From Spirochaetaceae bacterium (lineage in GTDB: Bacteria > Spirochaetota > Spirochaetia > Treponematales > Breznakiellaceae): a stretch of 33,452 nucleotides of DNA. Shown here piece by piece: positions 1 through 7,722 of this stretch. The notes below the pieces were generated by a model. The model saw only the letters and a list, made by a program, of their open reading frames with translations, made no database searches and was not told where the DNA came from. The stretch lies in the NCBI GenBank assembly GCA_031280705.1, contig JAITGJ010000104.1:1-33452 (forward strand), in the 5' to 3' direction. The translations under genes were made by a program, and so were the position numbers. Within the stretch, counting starts at the first letter, position 1. Each line of letters starts with the position of its first letter.

Positions 1-692
1 ACCTCCTTCTCTTCCTGATCCGGAAGAACGACGTCAATATTTACGACATTCCCATTGCCGGAATCACGGAGCAGTATCTTGAGTACCTCCGCTTTGATAC
101 CGAACTCGACCTTGAAGACCTTACGGAGTTTCATTCTCTTGCCGCCTCGCTCCTCTACATCAAATCCCGGATGCTCCTTCCGGTGGAGCTTGAGATGGGC
201 GACGAGTGGGAAGACCCCCGCCAGGAACTGGTCGAGAAACTTATCGAGTACCAGAAGTTCAAAAAACTTTCGGAATTGATGGAGGAAAAAGAGCGGGAAG
301 CCGAATGGGTCATCGGGCGGAAAAAACTCCAGCGGACGCTGCCCTTTAACGATGAAAACCTCTGGGAAGCCCTTGACGTATGGGACCTCCTCAAGACGTT
401 TTCCAGCCTTATGTCGAACCTGGGCGATGAACGGCTCATTGACCTGTACGAGGAAGTTTCGATAAGCGAAAAGACCGCCCTCATCACGGAACTGCTTGAA
501 ACGCGCGGGGAGTTCCGGTTTACGGATCTGGTGGTTCACTCCGGCTCAATGCTGGACATAGTGTGCGCGTTTTTGGCGGTGCTTGAAGCGGTTAAAAACC
601 GGCTTATCGCCATATTCCAGAACCGGATGTTTGGGGATATATTGATCCGGCCCGCGGAGGCGGTTTTTGGCGGGGCGTCTCCCGCGGCATAA
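1..692 (+). CDS. scpA: Segregation and condensation protein A (ScpA), 5'-truncated by the window edge
   Basis: Frame 3 is open from base 3 (LLLFLIRKNDVNIYDIPIAGITEQYLEYLRF...) and runs into track ORF 171..692. The N-terminal motif is ScpA-like. Stop TAA at 690-692, with scpB starting 3 nt later. Confidence 0.85.
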   Translation, partial: LLLFLIRKNDVNIYDIPIAGITEQYLEYLRFDTELDLEDLTEFHSLAASLLYIKSRMLLPVELEMGDEWEDPRQELVEKLIEYQKFKKLSELMEEKEREAEWVIGRKKLQRTLPFNDENLWEALDVWDLLKTFSSLMSNLGDERLIDLYEEVSISEKTALITELLETRGEFRFTDLVVHSGSMLDIVCAFLAVLEAVKNRLIAIFQNRMFGDILIRPAEAVFGGASPAA

Positions 693-695
693 CGC

Positions 696-1247
696 ATGAT
701 GGATAATCTGGATACGGAAACAGCGCTCATCGAAGCGATTCTTCACCTCGAGTCCGACCCGGTGGACAGCGCCGTTCTGGCCCGTATTTCAGGGCTGGGG
801 AAAGACGCGGTGGAAAAGGCCCTGGAAGCCCTTGCGGAACGCTGCGCGCTCGCCAACTCCGGGCTTGCCCTTACGCGCCTTGCCGGGGGCGTGATGCTCG
901 CGCCGAAGGCGGAATACTGGGAGACGCTCCGGGAACATTACGGGAAAAAGAACGAAAACCGGCTTTCCCGCGCGGCGCTGGAGACCCTCTCGATCATTGC
1001 CTATTCCCAGCCCATTACGCGGGCCGAAATTGAGGCGATCCGGGGCGTGCAGGCCGATAACATGATCCGGCTCCTTCTTGAGCGTCAACTTATCCGGGAG
1101 GCCGGCAAGAAGGATGTTCCCGGAAAACCTGTGCAGTACGGCACGACGAAAGAATTTCTCAAGTTTTTCCGGCTTGAAAGTATCGCGGATCTACCCAAAC
1201 TGAGCGAAAGTGAGGCCGACAGGTTTGAGCTCGTACCGGAAAAATAG
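696..1247 (+). CDS. scpB: Segregation and condensation protein B (ScpB)
   Basis: 183-aa ORF with the ScpB winged-helix signature (LSRAALETLSIIAYSQPITRAEIEAIRGV...GKPVQYGTTKEFLKFF). It lies directly after scpA. Confidence 0.9.
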   Translation: MMDNLDTETALIEAILHLESDPVDSAVLARISGLGKDAVEKALEALAERCALANSGLALTRLAGGVMLAPKAEYWETLREHYGKKNENRLSRAALETLSIIAYSQPITRAEIEAIRGVQADNMIRLLLERQLIREAGKKDVPGKPVQYGTTKEFLKFFRLESIADLPKLSESEADRFELVPEK

Positions 1248-2013
1248 AGACGGCCTGCAGGCCCGGAAAAGCGCCGCCATCGGCGCCGCCCCGGTGCGCG
1301 CGGAAAAAGGTCCCATCCGCCTCCAGGTGTTTCTTGCCCGCGCGGGATTTGCCTCCCGCCGCGCCGCGGAGGGGATCATTGCCGAAGGCCGGGTGTCCGT
1401 CAACGGAAAAACCATTACCACGCCGGGCGAAAAAGTTGTCCCCGGCGACACGGTGCTGGTGGACGGAAAGGGCCTTCACCTGGAAAAGCGGCTGTACTAT
1501 GTGGCGCTCAACAAGCCGCCGCTCTATTTGTGCAGCCTTGCGGACCCGGAGGGCCGCAGGCTCGCGCGGGACCTTTTGCCCGGCGAAATTACCGAGCGGC
1601 TCTACAATGTGGGCCGCCTCGATTACCGTTCGTCCGGGCTGGTTTTTTTTACGAATGACGGGTATTTCGCCGAGCGGGTAAGCCACCCCCGTTCGGCCCT
1701 GGTAAAAGAATACCTGGTGGAGGCCGCCGGCCCCGTAAGCGATGAATGTATCCGGGCGTTTATGGAGGGCGTTACCGTTGAGGGAATCCGCTACCAGGCG
1801 AAGGAAATCCGGCGCGAGGGACGAAGAGGACTCCGCGTCTCCCTGATTGAGGGGAAGAACCGGGAAATCCGCCGGGTATTTTCCCACTTTCACCTGCACC
1901 CGGAGCGGATTCACCGGATACGTATCGGGCCGGTGCTGATCGGGGACCTGGCCGAGGGGAAAACGCGGCCCCTGACGGCGGCGGAACTTGACGCGCTTTC
2001 CGCGCCGTCCTGA
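1210..2013 (+). CDS. rluB: RluB/RsuA-family rRNA pseudouridine synthase with N-terminal S4 domain
   Basis: S4 motif IRLQVFLARAGFASRRAAEGIIAEGRVSVNGK and catalytic-region motif GRLDYRSSGLVFFTND. The 1210 start is GTG and overlaps scpB. An in-frame GTG at 1294 is an alternative start that does not overlap. Confidence 0.85.
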   Translation: MRPTGLSSYRKNRDGLQARKSAAIGAAPVRAEKGPIRLQVFLARAGFASRRAAEGIIAEGRVSVNGKTITTPGEKVVPGDTVLVDGKGLHLEKRLYYVALNKPPLYLCSLADPEGRRLARDLLPGEITERLYNVGRLDYRSSGLVFFTNDGYFAERVSHPRSALVKEYLVEAAGPVSDECIRAFMEGVTVEGIRYQAKEIRREGRRGLRVSLIEGKNREIRRVFSHFHLHPERIHRIRIGPVLIGDLAEGKTRPLTAAELDALSAPS

Positions 2014-2015
2014 AT

Positions 2016-2038
2016 GTGCGCGGGCGGGTCCCGCGCGC
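2016..2038 (+). terminator. GC-rich hairpin just after the rluB stop, with no U-tract
   Basis: GCGCGGG (2018-2024) pairs with CCCGCGC (2030-2036) around loop CGGGT, extendable by G2016-C2038 and T2017-G2037. It starts 3 nt after TGA 2011-2013. No T-run follows, so terminator function is uncertain. Confidence 0.3.
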
Positions 2039-2089
2039 AAAGGAACAGCGCCGTAACGCGCGCAAACTATCAGAACACGGGGGAACGGT

Positions 2090-4486
2090 ATGGTAATCGC
2101 CATTGACGGCCCGGCGGGAACCGGGAAAAGTACCATTGCAAAAATGCTTGCGGAAGCGGCGGATCTTCCAGGGGGAAAGTACGTTTATGTCAATTCGGGG
2201 AACCTGTACCGGGCCATCACCCTGGGGTGCCTCCGCGCGGGGATCGGGGCGGGGGACGAAGAGGCGGCCCTCGCCTATGCGCGGGGCGCGGATATTGCCT
2301 ACCGGGAAGACGGCGCGGTGTCCCTTAACGGGGAAGATGTCAGCCCCCTCCTCCATACCGACGAGATTGACGGCAGCGTGGCCCGGCTTTCTTCGATTGT
2401 CCCCATCCGGCATATCGTCAACAGCCTTGTCCGCCGTGTCGCGCGGGGCGTCAATGTGGTAGTGGAGGGCCGGGACATGACGAGCGTGGTGTTTCCGGAC
2501 GCGGAGTTCCGTTTTTACCTTGACGCTTCAGTGGACGCGCGGGCGGGACGGCGGCACGCGCAGGGCGTCTCGGAACGTTCCCTCCCGGAAATCCGGAGCG
2601 CCATCGTGGAACGGGACGAAATAGACCGGAACAAGGACGAGGGGAGCCTTCGTATCGAACCGGGCGCGGTCTATGTTGACACATCGGACTTGACCATTAC
2701 GCAAGTTTATGAGACATTAATCAGGCAAGTACAGAAGAAAGGAAAGAGCATGGGGAATATTGACGATTCTGAAGACATAAAAACCGCCGATTCCACGGAG
2801 AGCGCCATTCAAACGCAGCTTCAGGAGGAATACCTCAAAACCATGGAGCAGCTTGAGGAGGGGCAGCTGGTAAACGGCACCGTTATCCAGGTTACCCCGG
2901 ACCAGGTGTTTATTGATGTGGGGTACAAGTCGGAGGGGAAGATCCCCATCGCGGAATTTGAGACGGCTCCCGTCGTGGGCGACGAGGTACAGGTGATCCT
3001 CGTAACCAAGGAAAACAAGTATGGGGAAGTCATCGTTTCCAAGCAGAAAGCCGATGTCAAGATTTTCTGGAAAAAACTCAGGCAGGCGTTTCAGGATCAC
3101 AGCCCGGTCGAGGGAACCATCACCCGGCAGGTAAAAGGCGGGTATGACGTATTTCTGGGCGGCGATGTCCACGCCTTCCTGCCGATAAGCCAGTCGGACG
3201 TGCAAAAGGTCGAAAAAGCCGAAAAATTCCTGGGGCTCAAGAGCATGTTCTACGTGGAACGGCTCTACTCGGAGAACAAGATCAATATCGTGGTAAACCG
3301 CCGGAGATGGCTCGATGAAGAGACCGAGCGCAAACGCCAGGAATTTTTCGATACAACGGAAATTGGCGCGGAAGTTACCGGCGTCGTAAAGAGCTTCACC
3401 TCCTTCGGCGCTTTTGTCGATTTGGGCGGCTTCGACGGCCTGCTCCACATCAACGATATGAGCTGGGGTCACGTTACCCGGCCCCGGGACTTTGTAAAAA
3501 AAGGCCAGGAAATAAAACTCAAACTTATCCGCATCGATCCGGACGAAAAACGGATCAACCTTTCCCTCAAACATTTTTCCGAGGACCCGTGGGTTCACTT
3601 TAACGAAAAATACCACGTCAACGATATCGTAAAGGGCCGGGTAACCAAACTGACCGATTTCGGCGCGTTTATCGAGCTTGAAGAAGGCATCGAAGGGCTT
3701 GCCCATATTTCCGAATTTTCCTGGATTAAAAAAATTCAGAAACCCGGCGAATTGCTCTCCCTGGGGGACGAAGTTGAATGTATGATTCTGGGTTACGACA
3801 TTCAGGCGGAACGGGTTTCGCTGGGCCTTAAACAGGTGGCGGCAAACCCCTGGACCGGCATCGCCGAAAAGTACCCCGTCGGGACGCGGCTTACCCGCAA
3901 GGTAGTCAAAATCACCAACGCGGGGGCGTTTATTGAGCTTGAGGAAGGCATCGACGGCTTCCTCCACGGGGACGATATTTCCTGGACCAAAAAGGTCAAG
4001 CGCCCCGGCAGCGAGCTTGAAGCCGGTCAGGATGTCGAAGTGATGGTCATCGCCGTGGAACCGGAAAACCGTAATATCAAACTGGGCATCAAGCAGCTTG
4101 AGGAAGATCCCTGGAAGAGTTTCGCGGAAACCTACCGCCCCGGTTCTCCGGTGGAAGGGGAGGTGGCCTCGATCACGGATTTCGGCATCTTTATGAAGGT
4201 TCCCGGCGGCATCGAAGGGCTGATTCACAAGACCAATCTTGTCGAAGGCCGGGACACGAATCCCGATGAGGCCCTCAAAAAATTTCAGGTTGGCGACAAA
4301 ATCAACGCGGTGGTACTGGAACTCCAGAGCGACAAACAAAAAGTCTCCTTTTCCATCAAGGATTACGAAAAAAAAGTACACCGGGACGAAATTTCCCGGT
4401 ACATGGCGGAAGAGGAAACCGGAGAGTCAACCTTTACCCTGGGGGATGTTCTCAAGTCCAAGCAGGACAACTCCCCTGGGGAGTAA
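2090..4486 (+). CDS. cmk-rpsA: Fused cytidylate kinase / 30S ribosomal protein S1
   Basis: One 798-aa ORF. The N-terminus carries the Cmk P-loop (MVIAIDGPAGTGKSTIAKMLA) and covers about 220 aa. An acidic linker follows, then repeated S1 OB-fold modules (GTVIQVTPDQVFIDVGYKSEG..., VTGVVKSFTSFGAFVDLGG..., VKGRVTKLTDFGAFIELEEG..., and others). Confidence 0.9.
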   Translation: MVIAIDGPAGTGKSTIAKMLAEAADLPGGKYVYVNSGNLYRAITLGCLRAGIGAGDEEAALAYARGADIAYREDGAVSLNGEDVSPLLHTDEIDGSVARLSSIVPIRHIVNSLVRRVARGVNVVVEGRDMTSVVFPDAEFRFYLDASVDARAGRRHAQGVSERSLPEIRSAIVERDEIDRNKDEGSLRIEPGAVYVDTSDLTITQVYETLIRQVQKKGKSMGNIDDSEDIKTADSTESAIQTQLQEEYLKTMEQLEEGQLVNGTVIQVTPDQVFIDVGYKSEGKIPIAEFETAPVVGDEVQVILVTKENKYGEVIVSKQKADVKIFWKKLRQAFQDHSPVEGTITRQVKGGYDVFLGGDVHAFLPISQSDVQKVEKAEKFLGLKSMFYVERLYSENKINIVVNRRRWLDEETERKRQEFFDTTEIGAEVTGVVKSFTSFGAFVDLGGFDGLLHINDMSWGHVTRPRDFVKKGQEIKLKLIRIDPDEKRINLSLKHFSEDPWVHFNEKYHVNDIVKGRVTKLTDFGAFIELEEGIEGLAHISEFSWIKKIQKPGELLSLGDEVECMILGYDIQAERVSLGLKQVAANPWTGIAEKYPVGTRLTRKVVKITNAGAFIELEEGIDGFLHGDDISWTKKVKRPGSELEAGQDVEVMVIAVEPENRNIKLGIKQLEEDPWKSFAETYRPGSPVEGEVASITDFGIFMKVPGGIEGLIHKTNLVEGRDTNPDEALKKFQVGDKINAVVLELQSDKQKVSFSIKDYEKKVHRDEISRYMAEEETGESTFTLGDVLKSKQDNSPGE

Positions 4487-4505
4487 CGGGTAGCGGAGGG
4501 CCGCC

Positions 4506-6032
4506 GTGCTGTCCACCATCGACACGAAAAAATTTAACCTCCTCATCGAGACCATCTCGCTTGTCAATTCCCATCATGAGGACGCGCGTTCTCTTCTGAA
4601 CCGGATACTGGGCGCGGTCCTTGAGGCGCTGGACGGCGAAGCGGCGTACCTTTTCCTCATCAGCGGGAACGGCCGGGAACTCCACGCCGAAGCGGCGGCC
4701 GGGGCGGCGGACGCTGCTTCGGATGCGAAACGCGCCGTAAAAATAGGGGAGGGGATCCCCGGCTGGGCGGCGGCGCACAATAAGCCGCTCCTGGTAAACG
4801 ATGTGGAAAACGACCGGCGCGAGAAGCGGAAAACCGCGTCCTTCCACGGCGGGCGTGAAATTAAAACGATGCTGGCCGTTCCCCTGCGCTTCCGGGATCG
4901 CTGCGCCGGGGTAATTACCGTTCTTAACCGGAACGGGGGAAAATTGTTTACCCAGGATGATCTTGAGTGGCTCGAAATTTTTGCCGACCAGGCGGCGCTT
5001 GCCGTTCAAAGCGCAGAGGGCCTGGCCCCGGACGGGGAACGCGCCGTTTATCACGAAAACCGGCGCCCGGAAAAAACTGATTTTCATACATTTGTGGCCA
5101 AAAGCCAGGTGATGCGGGAACTTGCCGAAGTGGCGGACCGTTACGCCAAAACCGACGCGTCGGTGCTGATCCGGGGGGAAAGCGGGGTAGGGAAGGAAAT
5201 TTTCGCCGAACAGATACACGCGCGGAGCGGACGGAGGGACGGGCCGTTTATCCGGGTAAACTGCGCCGCCATTCCCGACGGGCTGCTTGAAAGCGAACTG
5301 TTCGGCCACGTAAAGGGGGCGTTTACCAACGCCGTCGGGGAACGGCGGGGCCGTTTCGAAATGGCCGGCGGGGGCACGATTTTTCTTGACGAAATCGGCG
5401 ATATGCCGTCCGCGCTCCAGGCAAAACTCCTCCGGGTGCTCCAGCAGAAAACGTTTGAAAAGGTCGGCTCCGACGAAACCATTACCGTGGACGTTCGCAT
5501 TATCGCCGCCACCAACCGTGATATTGAGCGCCTTGTGGAGGAGGGCGGTTTCAGAAGCGATCTGTACTACCGGCTTAACGTGCTGCCCCTCTATGTTCCG
5601 CCCCTCCGCGAACGAGCCGATGACATTCCGGAACTGGCTTCTTTTTTTCTGAAAAATATGATAAAAAAAACGGGGAAAAAGATCGAAGGTTTTAGTGAAG
5701 CGGCCATGGAAGCCCTCATCGCCGCCCGGTGGACCGGAAATGTCCGGGAACTCCAGAATACCGTAGAGCGGGCCGCGGTGATGAGCGGAGCGGGTCTTTT
5801 GGGACCGGAGGACCTGTTTCCCGCCCTGTATACGGAAAAAACATTCGGCGGGGGAGGGGAGCGGAACCTCAAGGAAGCGATCAACGCGTTCAAGGCGCGG
5901 TATATCCAAAATGTTCTGGAAGAAAACAACGGCAACCAGACCGAAGCGGCCCGCGCGCTGGACATCCAGCGGACCTATTTATCGCGGTTGATAAAGGAAC
6001 TGGGCATCGCGCGTAAAGATGGAAACGGCTGA
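4506..6032 (+). CDS. Sigma-54-dependent transcriptional activator (bEBP), GAF sensor + AAA+ + Fis-type HTH
   Basis: GTG start. N-terminal GAF-like region, Walker A GESGVGKE, sigma-54 contact loop ESELFGHVKGAFTNA (a GAFTGA variant), GGTIFLDEIGDMP, and C-terminal HTH QTEAARALDIQRTYLSRLIKELGI. Confidence 0.9.
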   Translation: MLSTIDTKKFNLLIETISLVNSHHEDARSLLNRILGAVLEALDGEAAYLFLISGNGRELHAEAAAGAADAASDAKRAVKIGEGIPGWAAAHNKPLLVNDVENDRREKRKTASFHGGREIKTMLAVPLRFRDRCAGVITVLNRNGGKLFTQDDLEWLEIFADQAALAVQSAEGLAPDGERAVYHENRRPEKTDFHTFVAKSQVMRELAEVADRYAKTDASVLIRGESGVGKEIFAEQIHARSGRRDGPFIRVNCAAIPDGLLESELFGHVKGAFTNAVGERRGRFEMAGGGTIFLDEIGDMPSALQAKLLRVLQQKTFEKVGSDETITVDVRIIAATNRDIERLVEEGGFRSDLYYRLNVLPLYVPPLRERADDIPELASFFLKNMIKKTGKKIEGFSEAAMEALIAARWTGNVRELQNTVERAAVMSGAGLLGPEDLFPALYTEKTFGGGGERNLKEAINAFKARYIQNVLEENNGNQTEAARALDIQRTYLSRLIKELGIARKDGNG

Positions 6033-6082
6033 AAACGAACCGCCGTTTTTGGCGGATAAACTTACTATGACAGGAAAGACGC

Positions 6083-6766
6083 ATGGCAAAAAATCAGGAT
6101 GAAAGAAAAAAAGGCATCTCCGGCACGGGAGACGCGATAGCGGCGTTTATCGAAAATCACCGCAAAAAAATTATCGCCGCTGCCGTTACGGTAGTCGTGG
6201 TGGTGCTGGCCGCCGCCGCCGGAGCGGGACTGCGGGAATGGTTTGCCCGGCGCGGCATAAAGACGGTCGAAGCGCTGGCCGAACGGTACGACGCCGTTCG
6301 TTTCACCATTTCGGATCCGGCAGAGAAAGAAGAAGTGGACCGGCTGCTGGCGGACCTCGCCGCGGCGGGAAAATCGTCCGGTTATGCGGGGGCGCGGGCG
6401 TGGCATCTTGCCGCGTCGATTCACGCGGACCGGACGAACTGGGAGGAAGCGGAAACAGCCTGGAACACGGCGGCAAAAAAAGCGGGGAAAACCTATCTTG
6501 CCCCGGCGGCGCTGTTCAACGCCGCCGCCGCCGCGGAAGAACGGGGCCGGATGGACGCCGCGATTGAAAATTATACCCAGGCGTCGCTCCGGGCGGATTT
6601 TCCCCAGGCCCCCCGCGCGCTCTTTTCCGCCGGGCGGCTTGAGGAAGGGCGGGGAAATTCCACCGAGGCGATTGAAACATACCGGCAGGTAGTGGAAAAA
6701 TGGCCCGCCACCGACTGGGCAAAGCTGGCGCAAAGCCGGATCATCACCCTCTCAGGGATCAATTGA
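6083..6766 (+). CDS. Membrane-anchored tetratricopeptide-like repeat protein
   Basis: 227-aa ORF with ATG start and an AGGAAAG Shine-Dalgarno-like sequence upstream. One N-terminal TM helix (IIAAAVTVVVVVLAAAAGAGL) is followed by Ala-rich helical TPR-like repeats. Confidence 0.6.
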   Translation: MAKNQDERKKGISGTGDAIAAFIENHRKKIIAAAVTVVVVVLAAAAGAGLREWFARRGIKTVEALAERYDAVRFTISDPAEKEEVDRLLADLAAAGKSSGYAGARAWHLAASIHADRTNWEEAETAWNTAAKKAGKTYLAPAALFNAAAAAEERGRMDAAIENYTQASLRADFPQAPRALFSAGRLEEGRGNSTEAIETYRQVVEKWPATDWAKLAQSRIITLSGIN

Positions 6767-7551
6767 GAACGATTTTCTTCGGCAGTTTCCGGCGGCGGCG
6801 CTTCAGCTTTATCGCCGCCGTACCGTTACTGTTGCTGCTTTCCATGTGCGGCCTGGATGACTACACGTTTCTTGACCGGGTAACAGAACAGGCAATTTCC
6901 GTTCCCACCGATGTACACGCGGAAATTGCGCTTCCCGCCTATACGGTTCCCCAGACAAATTATTTTACCCGGTTTGTTTTTTACTACCGGATTTATTTAA
7001 GTGATACGAATACTACCGGACGGATTCAGCCCGCGTCGTTTTCCACGATTAATTCCGCGCTGGCCGCCGATTATGCCGCGCTCTTGCCGTATACCGATCC
7101 GTCAAGTACCGTTTCCGTTACCAATATAGCCGCCCAGTTTTCTTACCGTAATTATTACGAAGTAATGGAAATTGACGGCCTTATGGGAAACGGTCCGGGA
7201 ACCGTCAATGTCGAATTCGATACGGGCTATATAGCCGGTCTTTCGTTGTCCCTCCCGCCGCCCGTTGCCCCGGTCGCGGTCCGCGGAACCATCACGGCGC
7301 AGCTCCGGCGTTCTACCGGATACGGCGCGTTTCAACTGCGGCCATCGGATCTGTTTCTCGCGACACCGGAGCTGTTTTCAACGCCGGTCAGCATAACCGT
7401 GAACCGGGACGTACAGGCAAGCTCCTCCGGCGCGCCCGCGTACGCCTATGTTTCCCTGTACATCGTAACGCAGGGACAAAACGATACGGATCTTTCCCCG
7501 GTATATTCCCGCCCAACCTTTATCGGTGTTTTTTCCCTGCCGCCGCCGTAA
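6763..7551 (+). CDS. Putative lipoprotein, unknown function
   Basis: The track ORF begins at 6700, but an in-frame TTG at 6763 overlaps the upstream TGA (TTGA). That start gives a signal peptide, LRTIFFGSFRRRRFSFIAAVPLLLLLSM-C, with a lipobox-like LSMC. No domain recognised. Confidence 0.55.
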   Translation: MRTIFFGSFRRRRFSFIAAVPLLLLLSMCGLDDYTFLDRVTEQAISVPTDVHAEIALPAYTVPQTNYFTRFVFYYRIYLSDTNTTGRIQPASFSTINSALAADYAALLPYTDPSSTVSVTNIAAQFSYRNYYEVMEIDGLMGNGPGTVNVEFDTGYIAGLSLSLPPPVAPVAVRGTITAQLRRSTGYGAFQLRPSDLFLATPELFSTPVSITVNRDVQASSSGAPAYAYVSLYIVTQGQNDTDLSPVYSRPTFIGVFSLPPP

Positions 7552-7643
7552 AACCGTTACCGCTGTTTGGGAGAAAGCGGCTCATCCCCGGCCGGAGAAG
7601 AAAGGACGCGCCCAACTGTTGATAATGTGTATTCTGTCTACTT

Positions 7644-7667
7644 GAAAAAAGGGGCGTTTTTCGCCCG
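7644..7667 (-). terminator. Candidate intrinsic terminator of the mre/rod/radical-SAM operon
   Basis: The minus strand reads GGGCG-AAAAA-CGCCC followed by CTTTTTT, 56 nt downstream of the radical-SAM stop. The stem is only 5 bp. Confidence 0.45.
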
Positions 7668-7722
7668 GCGGAGGACGCCGGCGGCTTACCTGTACCCGCG
7701 CCCGCGCATTGTTTTAGGAACG

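Noticed and set aside
2717-4381. 554-aa ORF on the minus strand, antisense to cmk-rpsA
   Set aside because: It is a shadow ORF of a GC-rich gene. The translation is low-complexity (Phe/Gly/Asp/Leu-rich) with no motifs, and it lies fully inside a gene with unambiguous S1 domains.
4452-5909. 485-aa ORF antisense to the sigma-54 activator
   Set aside because: The plus-strand frame carries Walker A, GAFTGA-like and HTH motifs. The antisense translation is Pro/Gly/Arg-rich with no recognisable domain.
6040-6055. Hairpin CCGCC-GTTTTT-GGCGG after the sigma-54 activator gene, considered as a terminator
   Set aside because: The stem is 5 bp, no T-run follows, and the next gene starts 28 nt later on the same strand. 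The evidence is insufficient.
6700-6762. Upstream extension of the lipoprotein ORF (start at 6700)
   Set aside because: It would overlap the TPR gene by 67 nt and add a hydrophilic 21-aa extension before the signal peptide. TTG 6763 in a TTGA overlap gives a canonical lipoprotein N-terminus.
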